From an uncultured Planctomycetia bacterium (GTDB lineage Bacteria > Omnitrophota > Gorgyraeia > Duberdicusellales > 4484-171): DNA of 20,056 nt. Below are positions 14,203 to 20,056 of this stretch, piece by piece (position 1 is the stretch's first letter; every line of letters starts with the position of its first letter). Below the pieces are notes generated by a model. The model was not told where the DNA came from. It made no database searches and saw only the letters and a list, made by a program, of their open reading frames with translations. The stretch lies in assembly GCA_964536865.1 (NCBI GenBank), contig CAZHYN010000018.1, forward strand, positions 1 to 20,056. The letters are read 5' to 3'. Position numbers and translations under genes: made by a program.

Positions 14203-16284
14203 ATGATAAGAGAAGTTATCAAGAGAGATAAGAGAAAAGAGACTTTTGATTGGGAAAGAATTTACCAGGCTATTCTGAAAGCAGCAAAAGAGATTTACTC
14301 TTTAGGCGAGGCACAGAATTTAGCAAAGAGAACATTTGAGTTAGTAAAAGTCAGACTCTCCCGGTTCAGGAAAATATCTATTGAGATAGAAAAAATTCAA
14401 GATATCGTTGAAGAGGCCCTTATGAAATTAGGTTACACTGAAGTAGCAAAAGCCTATATTCTTTACAGAAGATATCGTCAAGAGGTGAGATTAATCAAAA
14501 GTAAACTTGGCATAAAAGATGAGCTTAAGTTGTCTTTAAATGCTATAGAAGTTTTAAGGAACAGGTATCTATTGAGAGACCAAACTCAGAGGGTAATAGA
14601 GACTCCTAAACAATTATTTGAACGAGTAGCTAAGTTTGTAGCTAGCGCAGAAAGAAATTTCGATCCTAAAAAAGAAGAATTGATACAGGAAAAGTTTTAT
14701 AATACTATGGCCAGCTTAGAGTTCCTTCCCAATTCTCCTACTTTGATGAATGCAGGGACTGGCGTAGGCCAGCTTTCTGCTTGTTTTGTTCTACCTGTGG
14801 GTGATTCTATGGAGGAAATTTTCGATTCGTTAAAAGCAATGGGAATTATCCATAAGACAGGAGGAGGAACAGGTTTTGACTTCTCTTCTCTTAGGCCTCA
14901 AGGGGATTGCGTTTTCTCTACTAAAGGGAGGTCCTCTGGACCTGTATCTTTTATGAAAATATTCGATACCGCTACAGGAGTTATCGTTCAGGGAGGGAGA
15001 CGTAGAGGCGCTAACATGGCAGTTTTAAGAATAGATCATCCTGACATAGTGGAATTTGTAGAGGCAAAGTTAGACGGAGTATCCTTCTCTAATTTTAATC
15101 TTTCCTGCGGAGTTACTGATGAGTTTATGGATGCTTTAAGATACAATAAAAAATTTGAACTTATTAATCCCCGCACTAAAAAGTGTGTAAAAGAAATAAA
15201 AGCTAAGGAGCTTTTTTCTGCTATAACATTTTCTGCTTACAAGTGCGGAGATCCAGGCTTAGTATTTTTAGATACTATTAATAGAGTACATCCCTTAAAA
15301 ATGTTAGGAGAAATTAGAGCTACTAACCCTTGTGGAGAAGTCCCCCTCTTAAATTATGAGTCCTGCAACTTAGGGTCTATAAATCTCTCCAAATTTGTAA
15401 AAGATAAAAAGATGGATTGGACAAAACTTAGAGAGGTCATCCATTTAGGGATAAGATTTTTAGATAACGTAATTGAAGTCAACAATTACCCTCTTAAGGA
15501 GATTAGAGAGGTTACGATTAGAAATAGAAAAATTGGGCTGGGTGTAATGGGCTTTGCTGATGCTTTGGTAAAGCTTCGGATACCTTATGCTTCTAAAGAA
15601 GCAGTAGATTTTTCTGCTAGACTTATGAAGTTTATAAGAAATGCTTCTTTAGAGGCATCTTCCCAATTAGCTAGAGAAAGAGGGGTATTCTCTAATTGGA
15701 AGTTCTCTATCTACAGAAAGAAAAATTTAAGATTAAGAAATGCTACTTTAAATAGTATTGCTCCTACGGGTACAATCAGTATTATTGCTGGCTGTTCTTC
15801 AGGAATTGAGCCTCTATTTGCATTAAGCTTTGTAAGGAATGTATTAGGAGGAGCTAAGTTATTAGAAATTAATCCCTTAGTGGAAGAAGTAGCTAGAGAA
15901 GAGGGTATTTACTCTAAAGAGCTTATGTATCGCATTCAAGGATTAGCCAGTTTAAAAGAAGCAAAGGTTCCTCTTATTTTAAAGAGAATTTTTCTTACTA
16001 CTTTTGATATTTCTCCTTTAGACCACCTCAAAATTCAATCTGCCTTTCAGAAATTTGTAGATAATGCGGTTTCTAAAACAATAAACCTTCCCTCCCATGC
16101 TAGCCCCGAAGATATAAAAGCGATTTACCTTAAAGCCTACCAGTTTAGGTTAAAAGGTATTACAGTTTACCGTTACGGAAGTAGAAAGAACCAAGTGCTT
16201 ACTCTAAGTTCTCGAAGGGAGGAGCCTGTGGAGGTAGTTCAGGGGTATGCTGGGGGATGTTTCTCTCACATCTGTGGAGAGTAA
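14203..16284 (+). CDS. nrdJ: Adenosylcobalamin-dependent (class II) ribonucleotide reductase with N-terminal ATP-cone
   Basis: 693 aa. ATP-cone start ([16 protein letters not shown]), [18 protein letters not shown], active-site NPCGE, C-terminal Cys pair ([10 protein letters not shown]). Confidence 0.85.
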   Translation: MIREVIKRDKRKETFDWERIYQAILKAAKEIYSLGEAQNLAKRTFELVKVRLSRFRKISIEIEKIQDIVEEALMKLGYTEVAKAYILYRRYRQEVRLIKSKLGIKDELKLSLNAIEVLRNRYLLRDQTQRVIETPKQLFERVAKFVASAERNFDPKKEELIQEKFYNTMASLEFLPNSPTLMNAGTGVGQLSACFVLPVGDSMEEIFDSLKAMGIIHKTGGGTGFDFSSLRPQGDCVFSTKGRSSGPVSFMKIFDTATGVIVQGGRRRGANMAVLRIDHPDIVEFVEAKLDGVSFSNFNLSCGVTDEFMDALRYNKKFELINPRTKKCVKEIKAKELFSAITFSAYKCGDPGLVFLDTINRVHPLKMLGEIRATNPCGEVPLLNYESCNLGSINLSKFVKDKKMDWTKLREVIHLGIRFLDNVIEVNNYPLKEIREVTIRNRKIGLGVMGFADALVKLRIPYASKEAVDFSARLMKFIRNASLEASSQLARERGVFSNWKFSIYRKKNLRLRNATLNSIAPTGTISIIAGCSSGIEPLFALSFVRNVLGGAKLLEINPLVEEVAREEGIYSKELMYRIQGLASLKEAKVPLILKRIFLTTFDISPLDHLKIQSAFQKFVDNAVSKTINLPSHASPEDIKAIYLKAYQFRLKGITVYRYGSRKNQVLTLSSRREEPVEVVQGYAGGCFSHICGE

Positions 16285-16305
16285 ATTATAGATAGTAAGT
16301 AAAAG

Positions 16306-17103
16306 GTGCGTTTCCCTTTTCTTAAGAAACGGAAGTGTAAGGTTTTTATTCTAGGAGACGTAGATACGGGTAAGACTTACCTGGCATTTAGTTTGGTAAA
16401 AGAAGCCTTAAAATATCATAGGAAAGTAGGGCTCCTCTGTACCGACTTGGGACAATCTGCAGTGGGTCCACCGGGATGTGTGAGTTTTAAAGTTTTCACT
16501 AAAGAAGATAAGATATCCTCCTCCTTGAGTTTAATAGTCCCTGAGATAATAGATTTTGTAGGTTCTTTTTCTCCTGCGGGAATAGAAATTTTTCATTTAG
16601 CTTCTACCAAGGTAGTGTTAGAGAAGGCTCTTAAACAAGTAGAATTTGTTATAATAAATACTACAGGATACATTCGTCCTATAGCGGCTCAGGCTCTTAA
16701 ACTCCTTAAGATTAGACTGATAAATCCAGAAGTGATTATTGCTATTGCTAAAGGGAGGGAGTTAAGCTATATTCTGGATAATTTTTCTAAGAGTTCTATC
16801 ACTTTATATACTCTGAAGAAATCAGTAAGGGTAAGAAAGAGGTCGAGAAAAGAGAGAGCTGAATTTCGATTAAAACTTTTTAGAGCATATTTTAAAAAAA
16901 CATACTCTTTGTCTTTTAAGGTTAACTCTTCTTATTTTTCTCCTAATATGGTGATAGGTCTCTTAGATAGAGAGCTTACTACTTTAACCTTAGGATTAGT
17001 TAGAAGGAAATTCAATTCCCGCATAGAGATTATTGCTCCTCCATTTAGAGGTAAAGTAAGTTATCTTAGGCCTTCTTCTATAACTATTCCTGAGCCCTTA
17101 TGA
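16306..17103 (+). CDS. Clp1/Grc3-family P-loop protein (putative polynucleotide 5'-hydroxyl kinase)
   Basis: 265 aa. P-loop ILGDVDTGKT, then LLCTDLGQSAVGPPG (the DxDxGQ...PG clasp pattern of Clp1 kinases), VGSFSP, INTTGY, and a basic RKERAEFRLKLFRAYF segment. GTG start. Confidence 0.6.
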   Translation: MRFPFLKKRKCKVFILGDVDTGKTYLAFSLVKEALKYHRKVGLLCTDLGQSAVGPPGCVSFKVFTKEDKISSSLSLIVPEIIDFVGSFSPAGIEIFHLASTKVVLEKALKQVEFVIINTTGYIRPIAAQALKLLKIRLINPEVIIAIAKGRELSYILDNFSKSSITLYTLKKSVRVRKRSRKERAEFRLKLFRAYFKKTYSLSFKVNSSYFSPNMVIGLLDRELTTLTLGLVRRKFNSRIEIIAPPFRGKVSYLRPSSITIPEPL

Positions 17104-18665
17104 TGAAGAAAACGGATAATTTTTCTAATTTGAAAGAGATGTTAGGAAAGAGTGCCTCTAAGTATAGAAAAAGGATTGCTTTAGTATTTGGCAGAAGGAA
17201 AGTCAGCTACTCTCAGGTTTTAGATACTTCTCAAAGAGTAGCTCAAGCTCTCTCAAAATTAGGGATAGGTAAGTCAGATAAAGTATGTATCTGGTTACCT
17301 AATGTACCTGAATTTGTATACTCTTTCTTTGGAATCATTATAGCAGGAGGAATAGTTTGCCCCATAAATAGTATGTTTAAGAGAGAAGAAGCAAAGTTTG
17401 TGATTGAGGATTCTCGAGCAAAGGTCCTTATTACCTCTATAGATAAATTAGAAGATGCTGAGAATATCCTCTGGCGCCTGGACTCATTAAAATTTATTAT
17501 CTGTGTTTCTTCTTCTAAACACCAGAGTAATATCTTGGATTTTTATAGTTTGGTAAATACTAGTAAGCCGCTAAAGAAGGAAGTTGCTATTCATCATGAG
17601 GATATAGCTGAGATCATATATACTTCAGGTACTACAGGAAGACCCAAGGGGGCACTCCTTACGCACAAAAATTTGCTGTCTAATATTAGAGGATGTAGGG
17701 AAGTAATTAAAATAACGAAGAGAGATTGTTTCATCTGCATTCTTCCTTTATTTCACTCTTTTGCTTCTACGGTATGTATGCTTCTTCCTTTATCTTGTGG
17801 AGCAAAAGTAGTAATCATGCGGGCGATAAGGCCTTTTAAAAGAGTAATAAGAGCAATCTTTAAAAATAGAGTAACGATATTTGTAGGTATCCCTTCTGTG
17901 TTTAATATCTTGAGTGAATTGAAAATTCCTAAATTTAAACTCTTCTTAAGTTACCTTTTGAATCCGGTAAGACTTTGTATTTCTGGAGCAGCATCTCTAC
18001 CTTCTCATGTTTTAAAAAAATTTGAGAGTAAATTCAAAATTCCTCTCTTGGAAGGCTACGGTCTTACCGAGGCTTCACCGGTAGTTTCTCTTAACCCCTC
18101 AAAAGGAAAAAGAATACCTGGATCTGTGGGATTACCTTTACCTTGGGTCCAAGTTAAAGTTATAGATAGAGAAGGTAGACCTCTTCCTCCTAATCAAATA
18201 GGTGAGCTTTTGATAAAAGGGGATAATATAATGAAAGGTTATTATAAACTAGAGGAAGCTACCAAGGAAGTTTTAAAGGAAGGGTGGCTTCATACTGGGG
18301 ATTTAGCTAAGCTTGATGATGAAGGATATATTTATATCATGGGTAGAATAAAAGAGATGATAAATGTAAGGGGACTTAATGTCTATCCTAAGGAGATTGA
18401 AGACCTTCTTTATAAACATCCTAAGGTAAAGGAAGTAGCTTGCGTAGGTGTTCCTCATCCTCACCGGGGAGAAGTTCCTTTAGTATTTATAGTGAAAAGA
18501 GAAAAAGACCTCTCTACTCAAGAAATTTTAGAGTATCTAAGAGCTAATTTAGCTTCTTATAAAGTTCCTTTAAAAGTGATTTTCAAGGATTCTTTTCCTA
18601 AAAATCCTTCAGGTAAAATCTTAAAAAGAGAATTACAGAAAGAGGTAATTGATATTTTTAGATGA
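17100..18665 (+). CDS. AMP-forming acyl-CoA synthetase (long-chain fatty-acid--CoA ligase-like, ANL superfamily)
   Basis: 521 aa. YTSGTTGRPKG, EGYGLTE, GWLHTGD, and C-terminal PSGKILKR. ATGA overlap with the upstream gene. Confidence 0.88.
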   Translation: MMKKTDNFSNLKEMLGKSASKYRKRIALVFGRRKVSYSQVLDTSQRVAQALSKLGIGKSDKVCIWLPNVPEFVYSFFGIIIAGGIVCPINSMFKREEAKFVIEDSRAKVLITSIDKLEDAENILWRLDSLKFIICVSSSKHQSNILDFYSLVNTSKPLKKEVAIHHEDIAEIIYTSGTTGRPKGALLTHKNLLSNIRGCREVIKITKRDCFICILPLFHSFASTVCMLLPLSCGAKVVIMRAIRPFKRVIRAIFKNRVTIFVGIPSVFNILSELKIPKFKLFLSYLLNPVRLCISGAASLPSHVLKKFESKFKIPLLEGYGLTEASPVVSLNPSKGKRIPGSVGLPLPWVQVKVIDREGRPLPPNQIGELLIKGDNIMKGYYKLEEATKEVLKEGWLHTGDLAKLDDEGYIYIMGRIKEMINVRGLNVYPKEIEDLLYKHPKVKEVACVGVPHPHRGEVPLVFIVKREKDLSTQEILEYLRANLASYKVPLKVIFKDSFPKNPSGKILKRELQKEVIDIFR

Positions 18666-19342
18666 AGAAACCTTTTGAGATTATCTTCCAAGACACTCAC
18701 CTATTGGTTGTAAACAAGATAGCTAAGCTTCTAATTCAGCCTACTCCCAAGAGAGAAAAAGTCACTTTAACTACTCTATTGCAGGAGGAACTGAGAACAA
18801 AGGTTATTCCTTGTCATAGACTTGATAGGGAGACTACAGGTTTAATTATTTATGCTAAGAGTAAATACATACAGAGAATTATCGCTGAGGAGTTTCGTAG
18901 GCGCAAGGTAGAGAAACGGTATATTGCTTTTGTGAAGGGAAGATTATCTAAAAAAAAGGGTCTTTTAAAGGGTCATATTCTAGATAAAGAGGCAAAGATC
19001 TTTGGGGAAAAGTCAAAGGAAGCAATTACTATCTATAAGGTGATGAAGAGTTCCGATTACTTTACGGTGGTAGAGCTAAAGCCTATTACGGGGAGAACTA
19101 ATCAATTGAGAATTCAACTCGCCCATATAGGACATCCTATATTAGGAGAGGATAAGTATGCTTTCAGGCGTGATTTCTATATTTTAGGGAGAAAGGTAAA
19201 TTTTAAGCGATTGGCTCTACATGCATTTTTTATTAGTCTCATCCATCCTATAATGAGAAGAAGAATTAGTTTCAAAATCAATTTACCTCAAGATATGGAA
19301 GAATTTCTTAAAAAGTATTCTTTTTACCCCTTAAAAGTATAA
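18662..19342 (+). CDS. RluA-family pseudouridine synthase (no S4 domain)
   Basis: 226 aa. Catalytic-Asp motif HRLDRETTGL, TGRTNQLR, and LALHAF. ATGA overlap with the upstream gene. Confidence 0.85.
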   Translation: MKKPFEIIFQDTHLLVVNKIAKLLIQPTPKREKVTLTTLLQEELRTKVIPCHRLDRETTGLIIYAKSKYIQRIIAEEFRRRKVEKRYIAFVKGRLSKKKGLLKGHILDKEAKIFGEKSKEAITIYKVMKSSDYFTVVELKPITGRTNQLRIQLAHIGHPILGEDKYAFRRDFYILGRKVNFKRLALHAFFISLIHPIMRRRISFKINLPQDMEEFLKKYSFYPLKV

Positions 19343-19355
19343 AGAAGGAGGTTTT

Positions 19356-19541
19356 ATGGTTTTAGGGATTATTTTGATTTTGGCAGGTGTTGTAATCGCA
19401 ATTTACCCCCCTCTACTTTCTTTAATTGTTGCTTCGATTTTGATCTTTACAGGAATAATTTTTATTTACCTTAGTTTCTACTATAAGAGGATTTCTAAAA
19501 AGTTTGAAGATCCCTTCATAGATTTTTTCTTCCGTATCTGA
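19356..19541 (+). CDS. Small two-TM membrane protein, unknown function
   Basis: 61 aa with two hydrophobic helices. Strong SD AAGGAGG 5 nt upstream of the ATG. Confidence 0.5.
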   Translation: MVLGIILILAGVVIAIYPPLLSLIVASILIFTGIIFIYLSFYYKRISKKFEDPFIDFFFRI

Positions 19542-19584
19542 GTTTTGGGATTGGAAGAATTTAAACACGGATAGGCTCTTAAGT

Positions 19585-20056
19585 TTAAAAGGAGAGTTCT
19601 TCTATGCGTTGAATAATCCTTTGGATTATTTCTTTTAGTCTTTGTATCTGTGTATTCTTATCTTTTAATTTTTCTAGAAGATCATTTCTTTCTTTGTTAA
19701 ACTTCGTCTGTTTATCTTCGATGGCTTTAAGGAGAGTCTCGTTTTCTTCCTCTAAACTTTTTAAACGTTGGGTAAGATAGGATATTTTTTCTTTTTGATC
19801 AGGAGCTTTTCTCCTCGCCTCTTCCAGTTTTTTTCTAAGAGTAGCTATTTCCTTCACTTCTTGTTTTAAAGTAGTGATTTCTCTTTCTTTTTCTTTCAGA
19901 AGATTAGTTGTTTCTTTTATCTCCTGAGCAGTACTCTCTAAGCCTTTCTTTAGCTTTTCAATTTGAGAGATATAGCCGGTTATACTTTTTTCTTTCTTTT
20001 CCAGCATCTTAGAAAGCGCCTCCTTTTCCTTTTTAGCTTCATCTAGATTCTTCTTA
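19585..20056 (-). CDS. K/E-rich coiled-coil protein, 5'-truncated by the window edge
   Basis: The reading frame stays open upstream of the track's Met (20007) to base 20056 (...KKNLDEAKKEKEALSKMLEKK...). Heptad-like, low-complexity composition. Confidence 0.5.
   Translation of the reverse strand, partial: KKNLDEAKKEKEALSKMLEKKEKSITGYISQIEKLKKGLESTAQEIKETTNLLKEKEREITTLKQEVKEIATLRKKLEEARRKAPDQKEKISYLTQRLKSLEEENETLLKAIEDKQTKFNKERNDLLEKLKDKNTQIQRLKEIIQRIIQRIEELSF

Overview
AT-rich bacterial chromosomal segment, roughly one-third G+C by eye (not computed). Layout: a non-coding left edge (1-417), one minus-strand NCS2 purine permease, then about 22 tightly packed co-directional plus-strand genes (1876-19541), then a minus-strand coiled-coil ORF that runs off the right edge. 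The plus-strand genes are tadA, tRNA-Ser(GCU), an EamA half-transporter, a CaCA antiporter, dnaX, recR, pta, ackA, panD, def, a small Cys-rich protein, trxB, a flippase-like membrane protein, a NYN/YacP RNase, DUF523, a radical-SAM/HhH protein, an MBL hydrolase, class II RNR nrdJ, a Clp1-like P-loop kinase, an acyl-CoA ligase, an RluA pseudouridine synthase and a small membrane protein. Many junctions are 4-nt ATGA overlaps, and most content is housekeeping. I saw no CRISPR array, transposase, integrase or recognisable defence system. The main unexplained signal is non-coding: five copies, all in the same orientation, of one compound stem-loop. It has an outer 6-9 bp stem, a 7-14 nt A-rich bulge on the 5' side only, and an inner GC hairpin flush with the 3' strand. 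Three copies form a ~130-bp-period tandem array at 34-361, and two lie just downstream of tRNA-Ser (2588-2740). One copy replaces both stems with unrelated but still complementary sequence at exactly the same spacing. Two copies carry an identical 26-nt C-rich box. Their function and functional strand are unresolved. Secondary points are an 18-nt internal duplicate of tRNA-Ser overlapping the tadA stop region, an apparently orphan radical-SAM/HhH protein inside a NYN-DUF523-rSAM-MBL block, and a eukaryote/archaea-type Clp1-like polynucleotide kinase translationally coupled to an ANL ligase and RluA. All protein calls rest on motifs read from the translations and remembered family signatures. 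No database search was run.
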